Part shown: positions 1-10,823 of the stretch, piece by piece
Layout of the letters: each line of letters opens with the position of its first letter
Numbering within the stretch: position 1 is the stretch's first letter
Sequence record: SRR31156797_4600
Strand: one strand, 5' to 3'
Length of the DNA stretch: 34,087 nucleotides
Position numbers and translations under genes: made by a program
The notes under the pieces: generated by a model
The model's database searches: none
What the model was told of the DNA's origin: nothing
Seen by the model: only the letters and a program-made list of their open reading frames with translations

Positions 1-143
1 TTGATCACCCAATGGGTGGTGGTGAAGGTAGAGCTTCTGGTGGTTTACCAAGGTCAAGAAAAGGTTTACCTGCAAAAGGCTACAAAACACGCTCGCCTAA
101 AAAGGCTTCAAATAAATACATCATCGAAAGAAGGAAGAAATAA
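1..143 (+). CDS. rplB: 50S ribosomal protein L2, 3' end (partial)
   Basis: Frame from nt 3 reads [30 protein letters not shown]...IIERRKK*, the L2 C-terminal signature; directly upstream of rpsS. Confidence 0.97.
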   Translation, partial: DHPMGGGEGRASGGLPRSRKGLPAKGYKTRSPKKASNKYIIERRKK

Positions 144-164
144 TAAAGTAAATCTTAGAATAAC

Positions 165-431
165 ATGAGTCGTTCGCTTAAAAAAGGTCCATTCATTCAT
201 TACAAACTCGAGAAACGAGTTCTGGAAGCACAGGCCTCTAAAAAGAAGTCGGTGATTAAAACCTGGTCAAGGGCATCTATTATTTCTCCTGATTTTGTTG
301 GCTTGACCATCGCCGTACACAATGGAAATAAATTCATCCCGGTGTATGTTACCGAAAATATGGTAGGACACAAGTTAGGTGAGTTTGCTCCAACCCGTCA
401 GTTCAGGGGTCACGCAGGTAATAAAAAATAA
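165..431 (+). CDS. rpsS: 30S ribosomal protein S19
   Basis: [10 protein letters not shown]...KTWSR...[10 protein letters not shown] motifs; S10 operon position. Confidence 0.99.
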   Translation: MSRSLKKGPFIHYKLEKRVLEAQASKKKSVIKTWSRASIISPDFVGLTIAVHNGNKFIPVYVTENMVGHKLGEFAPTRQFRGHAGNKK

Positions 432-456
432 GATAACACAGTAAAGAAAATATACC

Positions 457-873
457 ATGGGATCACGTAAACAATTGGCAGCAGAAGCCAGGAAAGAAGC
501 CAGGAAAAAGACTTACATGGCCAGTTTAAACAACTGTCCGACCTCTCCCAGAAAGATGAGGTTGATGGCTGACCTGGTTAGAGGAAAAGACGTGGAAATC
601 GCTTTGAATATATTGAAATACAAACCCAACGATGCAGCGGGCCGACTTTACAAACTTGTTCTTTCAGCAATTGCCAACTGGCAGGAAAAGAATGAAGGTG
701 TAAGGATGGAAGATCATAACCTCTACGTCAAATCTATTATGGTTGACAGTGCAAGGATGCTTAAGCGTATCCGTCCTGCTCCGCAAGGAAGGGCACACCG
801 CATCCGTAAACGCTCAAATCACGTAACTGTAGTCCTTGATAGCAGGGAAGAAGTCATCGTTGATACCGAATAA
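457..873 (+). CDS. rplV: 50S ribosomal protein L22
   Basis: SPRKMRLMADLVRG and RPAPQGRAHRIRKRSNHVTV motifs. Confidence 0.98.
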   Translation: MGSRKQLAAEARKEARKKTYMASLNNCPTSPRKMRLMADLVRGKDVEIALNILKYKPNDAAGRLYKLVLSAIANWQEKNEGVRMEDHNLYVKSIMVDSARMLKRIRPAPQGRAHRIRKRSNHVTVVLDSREEVIVDTE

Positions 874-908
874 ATAACTGAGAATAATAATCAATATCAC
901 AATAATTA

Positions 909-1640
909 ATGGGACAAAAAACTCATCCGATAGGATTAAGGTTAGGAATCATTAAAGGCTGGGAGTCGAACTGGTACGGCGGAAAAAATTTTGATGTCAA
1001 GCTGGTGGAAGACGACAAGATCAGAAAATATCTTCATGCCCGTCTTTCAAAAGCAGGGATCTCAAAAATTTACATTGAGCGTACCCTGAAACTGGTCACC
1101 GTTACCATTTATACTGCTCGTCCCGGTATCATTATCGGTAAGGGAGGTCAGGAAGTTGACAAGCTGAAGGAAGAGCTCAAGAAATTGACCGGCAAAGAAA
1201 TTCAGATTAACATCAGTGAAATCAAACGTCCGGAATTAGATGCTGCGCTTGTTGCCAACGCAATTGCACGTCAAATTGAAGGTCGTATTTCATTCAGGCG
1301 TGCCATCAAAACTTCCATTGCCTCAACAATGCGTATTGGTGCCGAAGGAATCAAGGTTTTGATTTCAGGTCGTTTGGGCGGAGCAGAAATGGCCCGTAAC
1401 GAGATGTACAAAGAAGGCCGTACACCATTACATACCTTGCGTGCTGATATTGATTATGCAAACACCGAAGCCCATACCACATACGGACGTATTGGTATCA
1501 AGGTTTGGATTTGCAAAGGCGAGATATATGGTAAACCCGAACTTGTACAGGTTTCTCCCGGAGATAAGAAGCAAAAAGGTGGACCTGGTGCAGGCGGCGG
1601 AAGAAGGCCAAGATCAAGGCAGCAACGCCAGAGAAAATAA
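909..1640 (+). CDS. rpsC: 30S ribosomal protein S3
   Basis: [15 protein letters not shown]-domain [31 protein letters not shown]. Confidence 0.99.
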   Translation: MGQKTHPIGLRLGIIKGWESNWYGGKNFDVKLVEDDKIRKYLHARLSKAGISKIYIERTLKLVTVTIYTARPGIIIGKGGQEVDKLKEELKKLTGKEIQINISEIKRPELDAALVANAIARQIEGRISFRRAIKTSIASTMRIGAEGIKVLISGRLGGAEMARNEMYKEGRTPLHTLRADIDYANTEAHTTYGRIGIKVWICKGEIYGKPELVQVSPGDKKQKGGPGAGGGRRPRSRQQRQRK

Positions 1641-1674
1641 TGTAAGTTTTAACCACATTTTAATCTAGATAGAA

Positions 1675-2094
1675 ATGTTACAGCCAAAGAAAACGAAATT
1701 CAGGAAGCAGCAAAAAGGCCGGATGAAAGGCAATTCCCAAAGGGGCCATGAGCTAGCTTTCGGATCCTTCGGAATAAAATCACTCGAATCAGCCTGGTTA
1801 ACCGGGCGTCAGATTGAGGCTGCTCGTCAGGCCGTTACACGTCATATGAAACGTGAAGGCCAGATTTGGATCAAAGTATTTCCTGATAAACCCGTTACCA
1901 AAAAACCTGCTGAGGTTAGGATGGGTAAGGGAAAAGGTGCTCCTGAATATTTTGTAGCAAGGGTTACACCTGGTAGAATCTTGTTTGAAGCTGATGGTGT
2001 ACCATTGGATGTGGCTCGCGAAGCACTTCGTTTAGCTGCTCAAAAACTACCGGTTACTACAAAATTTGTGGTAAGAAGAGATTATCAAGAATAA
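1675..2094 (+). CDS. rplP: 50S ribosomal protein L16
   Basis: [25 protein letters not shown]. Confidence 0.99.
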   Translation: MLQPKKTKFRKQQKGRMKGNSQRGHELAFGSFGIKSLESAWLTGRQIEAARQAVTRHMKREGQIWIKVFPDKPVTKKPAEVRMGKGKGAPEYFVARVTPGRILFEADGVPLDVAREALRLAAQKLPVTTKFVVRRDYQE

Positions 2095-2115
2095 CACTTT
2101 GAATACGTAGCAATT

Positions 2116-2319
2116 ATGAAACAAAACGTTATAAATGAATTGTCGAACGACGATTTACTAGAGAGGTTGGAAGAAGAGGTGAAACAACTCAATAAGCTTA
2201 AACTGAACCATGCTGTTTCGCCCCTCGAAAACCCAAATAAAATTGTGGATTACCGGAGAACTGTTGCAAGACTGAAGACGGAAATCCGGAGAAGACAACT
2301 TGAAGGAAAATTTAACTAG
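2116..2319 (+). CDS. rpmC: 50S ribosomal protein L29
   Basis: LENPNKI...RRTVARLKT; lies between rplP and rpsQ. Confidence 0.97.
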   Translation: MKQNVINELSNDDLLERLEEEVKQLNKLKLNHAVSPLENPNKIVDYRRTVARLKTEIRRRQLEGKFN

Positions 2320-2330
2320 ATTTCATTATA

Positions 2331-2597
2331 ATGGAAGCCAAATCAACAAGATCGTTAAGGAAAGAACGTGTTGGCCTTGTAACCAGCAACAAGATGGATA
2401 AGTCCATCGTGATACAGGTTGAACGCAGGGTGAAGCACCCGATCTACAAGAAGTTTGTGAAGAAGTCGTCAAAATTCCTCGCACATGACGAAAACAACGA
2501 TTGCAATATCGGCGATACTGTGCGCATCATGGAAACACGGCCATTGAGCAAAAATAAATGTTGGAGATTAGTAGAAATAATCGAAAGAGCTAAGTAA
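2331..2597 (+). CDS. rpsQ: 30S ribosomal protein S17
   Basis: [30 protein letters not shown]. Confidence 0.99.
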   Translation: MEAKSTRSLRKERVGLVTSNKMDKSIVIQVERRVKHPIYKKFVKKSSKFLAHDENNDCNIGDTVRIMETRPLSKNKCWRLVEIIERAK

Positions 2598-2602
2598 GAG
2601 TC

Positions 2603-2971
2603 ATGATACAAAAAGAATCCAGATTAACAGTAGCTGATAACAGCGGTGCCAGGGAAGTGCTTTGTGTAAGTGTACTGGGTGGAACCCGGAAACGCTACGC
2701 AGGTATTGGCGACAACATTGTTGTTACCGTTAAGCATGCCATCCCTTCGGGCAACATTAAAAAGGGAACGGTTTCAAAAGCAGTGGTGGTAAGAACCAAA
2801 AAGGAAACCCGCCGCCCCGACGGATCATACATCCGTTTCGATGACAATGCTGTTGTACTTTTGAATACTACAGGCGAAATGATTGGTACCCGTATTTTTG
2901 GCCCTGTGGCCAGGGAATTAAGGGAAAAGCAATACATGAAAATTGTTTCTCTGGCACCAGAGGTTCTGTAA
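2603..2971 (+). CDS. rplN: 50S ribosomal protein L14
   Basis: [35 protein letters not shown]. Confidence 0.99.
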   Translation: MIQKESRLTVADNSGAREVLCVSVLGGTRKRYAGIGDNIVVTVKHAIPSGNIKKGTVSKAVVVRTKKETRRPDGSYIRFDDNAVVLLNTTGEMIGTRIFGPVARELREKQYMKIVSLAPEVL

Positions 2972-2984
2972 AAAACTGAAGAAG

Positions 2985-3311
2985 ATGGGAAATTATAAAT
3001 TACATGTAAAAAAAGGCGATATCGTGATGGTGATCTCCGGTAACTCCAAAAGCCAGCAAGGCAAAGTGTTATTGGTTGACCAGAAGAAAAAAACTGCCAT
3101 CGTAGAAGGTATCAAAATGGTTACTAAGCATGCCAAACCTGATGCACAAAATCCTCAGGGTGGTATCATAACCAAAGAATCACCAATCAACATTTCAAAC
3201 CTGATGGTGATCGACGGTTCAGGAAAACCTTCACGTGTAGGTCGTAAACTGGACGAAAAGACAGGAAAACTTGTTCGCTACTCAAAAAAATCAGGGGAGG
3301 TAATTAAATAA
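2985..3311 (+). CDS. rplX: 50S ribosomal protein L24 (start moved to ATG 2985)
   Basis: KOW motif [25 protein letters not shown]; the ORF-track start at 2943 overlaps rplN, so the ATG at 2985 is preferred; TAATG overlap with rplE. Confidence 0.96.
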   Translation: MGNYKLHVKKGDIVMVISGNSKSQQGKVLLVDQKKKTAIVEGIKMVTKHAKPDAQNPQGGIITKESPINISNLMVIDGSGKPSRVGRKLDEKTGKLVRYSKKSGEVIK

Positions 3312-3871
3312 TGAGTTACATTCCAAGACTTAAAACGAAGTATCACGAGGAGATTCATCCCGCACTTCTGAAAAAATTTGAATACAAGAGCCCCATGCAG
3401 GTTCCGAAACTTAAGAAGATTTCGATCAACCAGGGACTTGGCGGTGCCATTACCGATAAAAAACTTATCGATAGCGGTATCCAGGAAATGTCGATGATAG
3501 CCGGGCAAAAAGCCGTATCTACAAAGTCGAAGAAAGACATTTCGAACTTTAAGCTTAGAAAAGGAATGCCCATTGGTGTCAGGGTTACCTTGCGCAGCAA
3601 TCAGATGTATGAATTCCTTGACAGGCTTATCTCGGTTGCTATCCCGCGTATCAGGGACTTCAGAGGTATTAATGATAAAGGTTTCGACGGACGTGGAAAC
3701 TACACACTCGGTATCCCTGAGCAAATTATTTTCCCTGAAATCGTGATGGACAAGGTAAGCCACATTAACGGCCTGGATATCACTTTTGTGACCTCCGCTG
3801 AGAACGACAGAGATGCCATTGAATTATTAAAAGCATTTGGATTACCATTTAAAAATCAAAAAATAGATTGA
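3311..3871 (+). CDS. rplE: 50S ribosomal protein L5
   Basis: [34 protein letters not shown]. Confidence 0.99.
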   Translation: MSYIPRLKTKYHEEIHPALLKKFEYKSPMQVPKLKKISINQGLGGAITDKKLIDSGIQEMSMIAGQKAVSTKSKKDISNFKLRKGMPIGVRVTLRSNQMYEFLDRLISVAIPRIRDFRGINDKGFDGRGNYTLGIPEQIIFPEIVMDKVSHINGLDITFVTSAENDRDAIELLKAFGLPFKNQKID

Positions 3872-3874
3872 TTT

Positions 3875-4144
3875 ATGGCTAAAGAGTCAATGAAAGCAAG
3901 AGAAGTCAAGAGGCAAAAACTCGTTGACAAATATGCAGAGAAGCGTGCCGCTTTAAAAGCTGCCGGTGATTACACCGCTTTGCAAAAGTTGCCAAAGAAT
4001 TCATCCTACATCAGGTTGCACAATCGTTGCAATCTCTCAGGCAGACCAAAAGGATTCATGAGGCAGTTTGGTGTTTCGCGAATTAATTTTCGTGAAATGG
4101 CATTGAAGGGATTGATTCCCGGTGTTAAAAAAGCAAGTTGGTAA
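3875..4144 (+). CDS. rpsN: 30S ribosomal protein S14, long zinc-independent (C-) form
   Basis: 89 aa; [12 protein letters not shown]...SRINFREMA...PGVKKASW; only one Cys. Confidence 0.98.
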   Translation: MAKESMKAREVKRQKLVDKYAEKRAALKAAGDYTALQKLPKNSSYIRLHNRCNLSGRPKGFMRQFGVSRINFREMALKGLIPGVKKASW

Positions 4145-4174
4145 AAAAGTAAGAATTAAATAAACACAGGAGAA

Positions 4175-4573
4175 ATGTTCACTGATCCGATTTCAGATTA
4201 TCTCACCAGGTTGAGAAATGCCATCATGGCCGGTCACCGCATCGTTGAGATACCATCCTCCAAAATGAAGCAGGAGTTGACCAAAATATTATTCGACAAA
4301 GGTTACATCCTGAACTACAAATTTGAAGAGGATAAATTTCCGGCGGTCATCAAAATCGCACTGAAATATCATCCGGTATCAAAACTTTCAGCCATCACAA
4401 AGGTTGAGCGTGCAAGCCGTCCTGGCCTCAGAAAATATGCAAGACACGATAAACTTCCACGTGTATTGAACGGGCTGGGTGTGGCTGTTATCAGCACTTC
4501 AAGAGGACTGATGACCGATAAGGAAGCTAGGCAGCAGAAAATTGGTGGAGAAGTAGTTTGTTACATCAGCTAA
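4175..4573 (+). CDS. rpsH: 30S ribosomal protein S8
   Basis: TDPISDYLTRLRNA, SRPGLRKY, STSRGLMTD, IGGEV. Confidence 0.99.
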   Translation: MFTDPISDYLTRLRNAIMAGHRIVEIPSSKMKQELTKILFDKGYILNYKFEEDKFPAVIKIALKYHPVSKLSAITKVERASRPGLRKYARHDKLPRVLNGLGVAVISTSRGLMTDKEARQQKIGGEVVCYIS

Positions 4574-4578
4574 TTAAC

Positions 4579-4585
4579 AGGAGGT
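4579..4585 (+). promoter_or_regulatory. Shine-Dalgarno-like ribosome binding site of rplF
   Basis: AGGAGGT, 5 nt before ATG 4591. Confidence 0.6.
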
Positions 4586-4590
4586 AAGAA

Positions 4591-5145
4591 ATGTCAAGAA
4601 TAGGTAAATTACCGATAGATATCCCCCAGGGTGTTGAAGTTAAGGTCGCCGATAACAACGAAGTTACCGTGAAAGGTAAACTGGGCGAGCTGACCGAAAA
4701 AATAAATCCGGATATTACAGTAGAGGTAGAAGATGGCAGAGTAGTGCTGTCGCGCCCGACTGAGCAGAAACGTCACAAAGCACTGCATGGCCTGTATCGT
4801 GCCATCATTGCAAACATGACCAAAGGCGTATCGGAAGGTTTTAAAATCACCCAGGAGCTTGTAGGTGTGGGTTATAAGGCTACCGTAAAAGGGCAGCAAC
4901 TTGAACTTTCACTTGGATTTTCACACAACGTAATTTTTGTAATGCCCGATGAGGTTAAGGTTGAAACTGTTATCGAAAGAGGTAAAAACCCACTCATCAT
5001 TATGACCTCACCGGATAAACAACTGGTAGGCCAGATCGCGGCTAAAATTCGTTCGTTGCGTAAGCCTGAGCCATACAAAGGAAAAGGGATCAAGTACCTC
5101 GGTGAAGAGATTAAACGTAAAGCTGGTAAAGCAGCAGCCAGTTAA
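4591..5145 (+). CDS. rplF: 50S ribosomal protein L6
   Basis: MSRIGKLPI, GVGYKA, RKPEPYKGKGIKY. Confidence 0.99.
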   Translation: MSRIGKLPIDIPQGVEVKVADNNEVTVKGKLGELTEKINPDITVEVEDGRVVLSRPTEQKRHKALHGLYRAIIANMTKGVSEGFKITQELVGVGYKATVKGQQLELSLGFSHNVIFVMPDEVKVETVIERGKNPLIIMTSPDKQLVGQIAAKIRSLRKPEPYKGKGIKYLGEEIKRKAGKAAAS

Positions 5146-5194
5146 TAGATAGATCAGTAAACATTTTATAATCTGATAAAAACTCCATTGAGAA

Positions 5195-5551
5195 ATGGCA
5201 ATAAAAAATAGAAAGAATTACAGAAGATTCCGCATCAAGCAACGCATCAGGAAGACCCTTTCGGGTACTTCAGATCGCCCCAGGATGTCGGTTTTCAGGA
5301 GCAACAAAGAAATTTATGCTCAATTGATTGATGACCTGAATGGTAAAACCTTGCTGGCGGCTTCATCAAAAAACATGGCTGAAGAAAAATCAACCAAAAC
5401 CCAAATGGCGGAAAAGGTTGGTACTGAAATTGCCAAAAAAGCGCTGGATTCGGGAATTAAAACCGTTGTATTCGACAGGAACGGATATCTCTATCACGGT
5501 CGAGTTAAAGCTTTAGCTGAAGCTGCACGTAAAGGAGGTCTTAAATTTTAA
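5195..5551 (+). CDS. rplR: 50S ribosomal protein L18
   Basis: [42 protein letters not shown]. Confidence 0.99.
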   Translation: MAIKNRKNYRRFRIKQRIRKTLSGTSDRPRMSVFRSNKEIYAQLIDDLNGKTLLAASSKNMAEEKSTKTQMAEKVGTEIAKKALDSGIKTVVFDRNGYLYHGRVKALAEAARKGGLKF

Positions 5552-5557
5552 GAAATT

Positions 5558-6076
5558 ATGACAAACGTAAACGTTAAAAGAGTAAAGTCAAGCGAAATCG
5601 AATTTAAAGACAAGCTTGTTAGCATCCAGAGGGTTACCAAGGTTACCAAAGGTGGACGTACTTTCAGTTTTTCTGCAATTGTTGTAGTTGGAAACGAAAA
5701 CGGTGTTGTTGGATACGGCCTTGGAAAAGCAAAGGAAGTAACCTCAGCTATTGCCAAAGGAATTGATGACGCCAAGAAAAACCTGATAAAAGTTCCTGTT
5801 CTTCATGGAACGCTTCCACATGATGCCATTGGTAAGTACAGTGGAGCAAGGGTATTTATGCAGCCAGCTTCTCCGGGTACCGGTGTAATTGCAGGTGGTG
5901 CTATGCGTGCCGTATTTGAAAGCGTTGGTATCAAAGATGTGCTTGCAAAATCAAAAGGCTCATCAAACCCGCATAGTGTTGTAAAAGCAACAATCAATGC
6001 ATTGCTTCAAATGCGCGACCCATACACGGTTGCACAGATGAGGGGCGTACCAATGGAAAAGGTATTTAATGGATAG
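5558..6076 (+). CDS. rpsE: 30S ribosomal protein S5
   Basis: [34 protein letters not shown]. Confidence 0.99.
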   Translation: MTNVNVKRVKSSEIEFKDKLVSIQRVTKVTKGGRTFSFSAIVVVGNENGVVGYGLGKAKEVTSAIAKGIDDAKKNLIKVPVLHGTLPHDAIGKYSGARVFMQPASPGTGVIAGGAMRAVFESVGIKDVLAKSKGSSNPHSVVKATINALLQMRDPYTVAQMRGVPMEKVFNG

Positions 6077-6100
6077 AACAACATTTTAATCTACCACGAA

Positions 6101-6280
6101 ATGAGTAAAATTAGAATCAGGCAGGTAAGAAGCGGTATCGGACGTCCGCAAAGCCAGAAGAGGACTCTGGAAGCTTTGGGTTTGCGAAAAATGCAAAGTA
6201 GTGTTGAGCATGAAGCCACTCCACAGATCCTCGGGATGGTAAATAAAATTAAACACTTAGTTGAAGTAGAAGAATTATAA
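6101..6280 (+). CDS. rpmD: 50S ribosomal protein L30 (59 aa, absent from ORF track)
   Basis: Manual translation MSKIRIRQVRSGIGRPQSQKRTLEALGLRKMQSSVEHEATPQILGMVNKIKHLVEVEEL*; lies between rpsE and rplO. Confidence 0.97.
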   Translation: MSKIRIRQVRSGIGRPQSQKRTLEALGLRKMQSSVEHEATPQILGMVNKIKHLVEVEEL

Positions 6281-6302
6281 ACAATCCTAATCGATAATAA
6301 AA

Positions 6303-6749
6303 ATGGATTTAAGTAATCTAAAACCGGCAGAAGGTTCAACCAAAACAAGGAAAAGAATCGGTCGTGGTCAGGGAAGCGGCAGAGGAGGAACCTCAACAAG
6401 AGGGCACAAAGGTGCTAAGTCACGCTCCGGATACAGCCAGAAACTTGGCTTCGAAGGTGGCCAGATGCCATTGTACCGTCGTATTCCTAAAGGTGGTTTT
6501 AAAAATATTAACCGCAAAGAGTACATGGGTATTAACCTGGATTCGCTGCAGAAACTGGCGGATGAAAAAAACATTACTGATTTTGATATCAATGTGTTGA
6601 TTGATAATGGGATGGCACAGAAAAAGGACCTGATTAAAATATTGGGTCGTGGTGAGCTAAAAACCAAGATCAATGTGAAAGCACATGCATTTTCAAAAAC
6701 AGCACAGGAAGCAATCGAACAACAAGGTGGTGTTGCAACAAAAATTTAA
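6303..6749 (+). CDS. rplO: 50S ribosomal protein L15
   Basis: RIGRGQGSGRGGTSTRGHKG, GFEGGQMPLYRRIPK. Confidence 0.99.
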   Translation: MDLSNLKPAEGSTKTRKRIGRGQGSGRGGTSTRGHKGAKSRSGYSQKLGFEGGQMPLYRRIPKGGFKNINRKEYMGINLDSLQKLADEKNITDFDINVLIDNGMAQKKDLIKILGRGELKTKINVKAHAFSKTAQEAIEQQGGVATKI

Positions 6750-6755
6750 TTTTTG

Positions 6756-8117
6756 ATGAAACGATTTATCGAAACAATACGCAATATATTTAAGATTGAG
6801 GACCTGAGAAACAGAATCCTGTACACACTCGGTATCATCTTACTTTACAGACTGGGATCATATGTAGTGCTTCCCGGTGTTGACCCCGCAATGCTTGACG
6901 CACTCCAGCAACAAACTTCAAGTGGTTTGCTAGGTTTACTCAACATGTTTTCGGGCGGTGCATTTTCTAATGCCTCAATTTTTGCATTGGGAATCATGCC
7001 ATACATTTCTGCTTCTATTGTAGTGCAGTTGTTGGGCATGGCCATCCCTTATTTTCAGAGGCTGCAGAAAGAAGGCGAAAGCGGAAGAAAGAAAATCAAC
7101 CAGATTACAAGGTATCTTACAGTGATCATTTTGGTTTTCCAATCTCCGGCTTATATCGCTAATATTGTAAGTCAGTTGCCACCAGAGGCTATTTATCCTT
7201 TCGATCCGAACGTAGCCTCACATTCCATTTTATCATTCTTTGGAATTTCGTCCATCATCATGCTTACTGCAGGTTCGATGTTCGTGATGTGGCTTGGTGA
7301 AAAGATTACGGATAAGGGAATTGGAAACGGTATTTCACTCATCATTATGATTGGTATAATTGCCCGTCTTCCTTTCTCACTGTTTGGTGAGTTTATTTCA
7401 AGAATGGAAGAGCAGGGTGGTGGTCTTGTGATATTCATTGTTGAGATACTGATCCTCGTGGGCGTAATTCTGTTAACCATTTTGTTGGTTCAGGGTACAA
7501 GGAGAATTCCTGTACAATATGCCAAGCGGGTTGTAGGCAATCGTCAGTATGGCGGTGTTCGACAGTATATTCCACTTAAGGTGAATGCTGCCGGTGTAAT
7601 GCCCATCATCTTTGCTCAGGCTATTATGTTTCTCCCGTTAACCATTGCTCAGTATGCACAGTCAGAATCCCTTACAGGTTTTGCCGCTACGTTCACCAAT
7701 ATCAATGGTTTCTGGTACAATTTCGTATTCTTCCTGATGATCGTAATATTTACTTATTTCTATACAGCCATTACTGTGAATCCAAATCAAATGGCTGAAG
7801 ACATGAAGAAAAACGGAGGTTTTATACCTGGTGTTAAACCCGGGCGCAGAACTGCCGACTTTATAGATACAGTGATGTCACGAATTACATTCCCCGGATC
7901 ATTATTCCTGGGTTTGGTGGCCATCATGCCTGCTTTTGTAAGTCTCATTGGTGTTAATGCACAATTTGCCCAGTTTTATGGTGGTACTTCACTATTGATT
8001 CTGGTGGGTGTTGTCCTCGATACCTTGTCGCAGATTGAAAGTCACCTGCTAATGAGACACTATGACGGATTGACAAAATCAGGACGAATTAAAGGAAGAT
8101 CATCTTCAGGAATGTAG
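6756..8117 (+). CDS. secY: Preprotein translocase subunit SecY
   Basis: SIFALGIMPYISASI, GIGNGISLII, AGVMPIIFA, GGFIPGVKPG, GGTSLLILVGV; ATG at 6756 (TTG at 6753 is an alternative start). Confidence 0.99.
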   Translation: MKRFIETIRNIFKIEDLRNRILYTLGIILLYRLGSYVVLPGVDPAMLDALQQQTSSGLLGLLNMFSGGAFSNASIFALGIMPYISASIVVQLLGMAIPYFQRLQKEGESGRKKINQITRYLTVIILVFQSPAYIANIVSQLPPEAIYPFDPNVASHSILSFFGISSIIMLTAGSMFVMWLGEKITDKGIGNGISLIIMIGIIARLPFSLFGEFISRMEEQGGGLVIFIVEILILVGVILLTILLVQGTRRIPVQYAKRVVGNRQYGGVRQYIPLKVNAAGVMPIIFAQAIMFLPLTIAQYAQSESLTGFAATFTNINGFWYNFVFFLMIVIFTYFYTAITVNPNQMAEDMKKNGGFIPGVKPGRRTADFIDTVMSRITFPGSLFLGLVAIMPAFVSLIGVNAQFAQFYGGTSLLILVGVVLDTLSQIESHLLMRHYDGLTKSGRIKGRSSSGM

Positions 8118-8136
8118 AGCAAACCATCGTTTTATA

Positions 8137-8916
8137 ATGGCATTGATCAAGACTGAAGAAGAAGTAGAATTAATAAGAATAAGTTCTTTACTTGTTGGTA
8201 AAACACTGGCTGAAGTAGCCAGGCGCATAGGCCCCGGAGTAACTACCTTAGAGCTGGACAGTATAGCTGAGGAGTTTATCCGTGATCATGGAGCAGTACC
8301 CGGTTTTAAGGGGTACGGTGGATTTCCCGGAACATTATGCACATCTGTAAACGATATGGTTGTACATGGTATTCCCGATAACTATGAGTTGAAAGATGGA
8401 GATATTGTTTCCATTGATTGTGGTGTGAAGAAAGATGGTTATTTTGGCGATTCGGCATTTACCTTTACAATTGGTGAGGTTGATGAAAATGTGTTGCTGT
8501 TGCTTCAACGTACACGCGAATCGCTGTACAAAGGAATTGAAGCTGCAGTAGCAGGAAACCGGATTGGCGACATTGGGTTCGCCGTACAAAACTACTGCGA
8601 GTCTTTCGGATATGGAGTGGTTCGCGATTTGGTTGGCCACGGTTTGGGATCTGAATTGCACGAAAAACCGGAAGTTCCGAATTTTGGACGTAGAGGCAAA
8701 GGCAAAGAATTGAGGCCAGGAATGGTGTTAGCCATTGAGCCAATGATAAACCTTGGTAAAAGAAAGGTGTTTCAGGCTCGCGACGGTTGGACCATTAAAA
8801 CGGATGACGGTATGCCATCTGCACATTTCGAACATGACGTTGTCATTAGAAAAGGCCAGGCCGAGATTTTATCAACATTTGATTTTATTGATGAAGTTTT
8901 GAAAAACAAAAATTAA
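8137..8916 (+). CDS. map: Methionine aminopeptidase type I
   Basis: SVNDMVVHGIP, DIVSIDCG, GDSA, GHGLG..LHE, AIEPM, SAHFEH metal ligands. Confidence 0.98.
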   Translation: MALIKTEEEVELIRISSLLVGKTLAEVARRIGPGVTTLELDSIAEEFIRDHGAVPGFKGYGGFPGTLCTSVNDMVVHGIPDNYELKDGDIVSIDCGVKKDGYFGDSAFTFTIGEVDENVLLLLQRTRESLYKGIEAAVAGNRIGDIGFAVQNYCESFGYGVVRDLVGHGLGSELHEKPEVPNFGRRGKGKELRPGMVLAIEPMINLGKRKVFQARDGWTIKTDDGMPSAHFEHDVVIRKGQAEILSTFDFIDEVLKNKN

Positions 8917-8933
8917 TAATCAGGTAATTATTT

Positions 8934-9152
8934 ATGGCTAAACAGGCAGTAATAGAACAAGACGGTACAGTAATAGAATCTTTGGGTAATGCAATGTTCA
9001 GGGTTGAACTTGAAAACGGGCATGTTATCACCGCTCACATTTCAGGCAAGATGCGCATGCACTACATCAAAATTCTTCCCGGCGACCGTGTAAAAATTGC
9101 CATGTCGCCGTATGACCTGACCAAAGGTAGAATAACATTCAGATACAAGTAA
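8934..9152 (+). CDS. infA: Translation initiation factor IF-1
   Basis: [31 protein letters not shown]. Confidence 0.99.
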   Translation: MAKQAVIEQDGTVIESLGNAMFRVELENGHVITAHISGKMRMHYIKILPGDRVKIAMSPYDLTKGRITFRYK

Positions 9153-9164
9153 TAATATTTAAGT

Positions 9165-9281
9165 ATGAAAGTACGAGCATCCATAAAGAAAAGAACTGCC
9201 GATTGTAAAATCGTGCGCCGTAAGGGCAGATTGTACGTGATTAACAAGAAAAATCCAAAGTACAAACAAAGACAAGGTTAA
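9165..9281 (+). CDS. rpmJ: 50S ribosomal protein L36, zinc-ribbon-less form (38 aa, absent from ORF track)
   Basis: Manual translation [38 protein letters not shown]. Confidence 0.97.
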   Translation: MKVRASIKKRTADCKIVRRKGRLYVINKKNPKYKQRQG

Positions 9282-9305
9282 TAATTTAATAAATCAAGAT
9301 ACATT

Positions 9306-9686
9306 ATGGCACGTATTGCAGGTGTTGATATACCAAGAAATAAAAGAGGCGTAGTTTCCCTCACTTACATCCACGGAATTGGAAGAAGCCTGGCTGCCGA
9401 AATCCTTGTTCGCGCAGGTGTAAATGTGGATAAGAAGGTGGAAGACTGGAATGATGACGAACAGAACAAGATCAGGAGTCTTGTCAGCGATGAATATACC
9501 GTTGAAGGTGCACTTCGTTCGGAGGTTCAGATGAACATCAAGCGACTGATGGACATTGGTACTTATCGTGGTATTCGTCACAGAATTGGCCTGCCTCTCA
9601 GAGGTCAGACTACCAAAAACAATGCACGTACACGGAAAGGACGTAAAAAAACTGTTGCCAACAAGAAAAAGGCACCAACAGGTTAA
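9306..9686 (+). CDS. rpsM: 30S ribosomal protein S13
   Basis: [36 protein letters not shown]. Confidence 0.99.
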   Translation: MARIAGVDIPRNKRGVVSLTYIHGIGRSLAAEILVRAGVNVDKKVEDWNDDEQNKIRSLVSDEYTVEGALRSEVQMNIKRLMDIGTYRGIRHRIGLPLRGQTTKNNARTRKGRKKTVANKKKAPTG

Positions 9687-9737
9687 TGTTTTATCCGCTG
9701 CTTTATTTGAAAAATTTTAGATAGAAAAGAATATAAA

Positions 9738-10136
9738 ATGGCAAAAACAGGTAAATCAGGAAGAGGTACAAAGAAAAGAGTTGTTAAAGTTGAACCTTAC
9801 GGAAGGGCTTATATCAGCGCTTCTTTCAACAACATCATCGTTACTTTGACCAACAGCGCAGGACAGGTGATCTCATGGTCCTCATCAGGAAAAATGGGAT
9901 TCAGAGGTTCTAAAAAGAACACACCTTATGCTGCTCAAACTGCCGCCGAAGACTGTGCTAAAACTGCATACGACCTCGGATTAAGAAAAGTTAAGGTTTA
10001 TGTGAAAGGCCCCGGATCAGGCAGAGAATCTGCTATCAGGACCATACACTCTTCAGGAATTGAAGTAACCGAGATCAACGATGTTACTCCACTGCCGCAC
10101 AACGGATGTCGTCCGCCAAAACGCAGAAGGGTCTAA
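9738..10136 (+). CDS. rpsK: 30S ribosomal protein S11
   Basis: [40 protein letters not shown]. Confidence 0.99.
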   Translation: MAKTGKSGRGTKKRVVKVEPYGRAYISASFNNIIVTLTNSAGQVISWSSSGKMGFRGSKKNTPYAAQTAAEDCAKTAYDLGLRKVKVYVKGPGSGRESAIRTIHSSGIEVTEINDVTPLPHNGCRPPKRRRV

Positions 10137-10172
10137 TTCAATTTGATGATCATTTAAAAACAGAGTATAACA

Positions 10173-10778
10173 ATGGCAAGATACACAGGGCCAAGAACAA
10201 AGATTTCGAGAAAGTTTAGCGAGCCGATTTACGGTCCGGATAAATACTACGAAAAGAAAAGTTATCCACCAGGACAACACGGCTTGAACAAAAGAAGAAG
10301 AAAAGCTTCGGAATACGGAATTCAGCTTGCTGAAAAGCAAAAAGCCAAATATACTTACGGGATTCTTGAAAAGCAGTTCCGTAATACGTTCAAAAAGGCT
10401 TCGATGAAAAAAGGCGTTACCGGTGAGGTACTTCTGCAACTTATAGAGGCACGCCTCGACAATGTGGTTTACCGTCTGGGCATCGCCCCAACCCGTGCTG
10501 CTGCTCGTCAGTTTGTTGGACACAGACATATCACTGTAAACGGTCAGATCACCAACGTAGCTTCGATGGCTATCCGTCCGGGAGATGTAATTGGTGTTCG
10601 CGAAAGGTCAAAATCCCTTGAAGCAATCACTGATTCACTCGCATCACGTTCAACCAGCTTTGCTTGGCTTGAATGGGATGAAGATAAAATGGCAGGTAAA
10701 TTCCTGAATTATCCCGAAAGGGAAGAAATTCCCGAAAACATCAACGAACAACTGATCGTTGAGCTTTATTCAAAATAA
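10173..10778 (+). CDS. rpsD: 30S ribosomal protein S4
   Basis: [37 protein letters not shown]. Confidence 0.99.
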   Translation: MARYTGPRTKISRKFSEPIYGPDKYYEKKSYPPGQHGLNKRRRKASEYGIQLAEKQKAKYTYGILEKQFRNTFKKASMKKGVTGEVLLQLIEARLDNVVYRLGIAPTRAAARQFVGHRHITVNGQITNVASMAIRPGDVIGVRERSKSLEAITDSLASRSTSFAWLEWDEDKMAGKFLNYPEREEIPENINEQLIVELYSK

Positions 10779-10823
10779 TATTTTCCCAAACTTATTTTTC
10801 ATAAAAACCAAAAGGTTTAAATT

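Noticed and set aside
1560-1640. Gly/Arg-rich C-terminal tail of S3
   Set aside because: Common lineage-variable extension; not distinctive
2943-2984. N-terminal extension of L24 in the ORF track
   Set aside because: Overlaps the rplN 3' end; ATG 2985 gives a normal-length L24
6091-6399. 102-aa minus-strand ORF
   Set aside because: Antisense shadow of rpmD and rplO
8118-8136. No adk between secY and map
   Set aside because: Usual Bacteroidota arrangement
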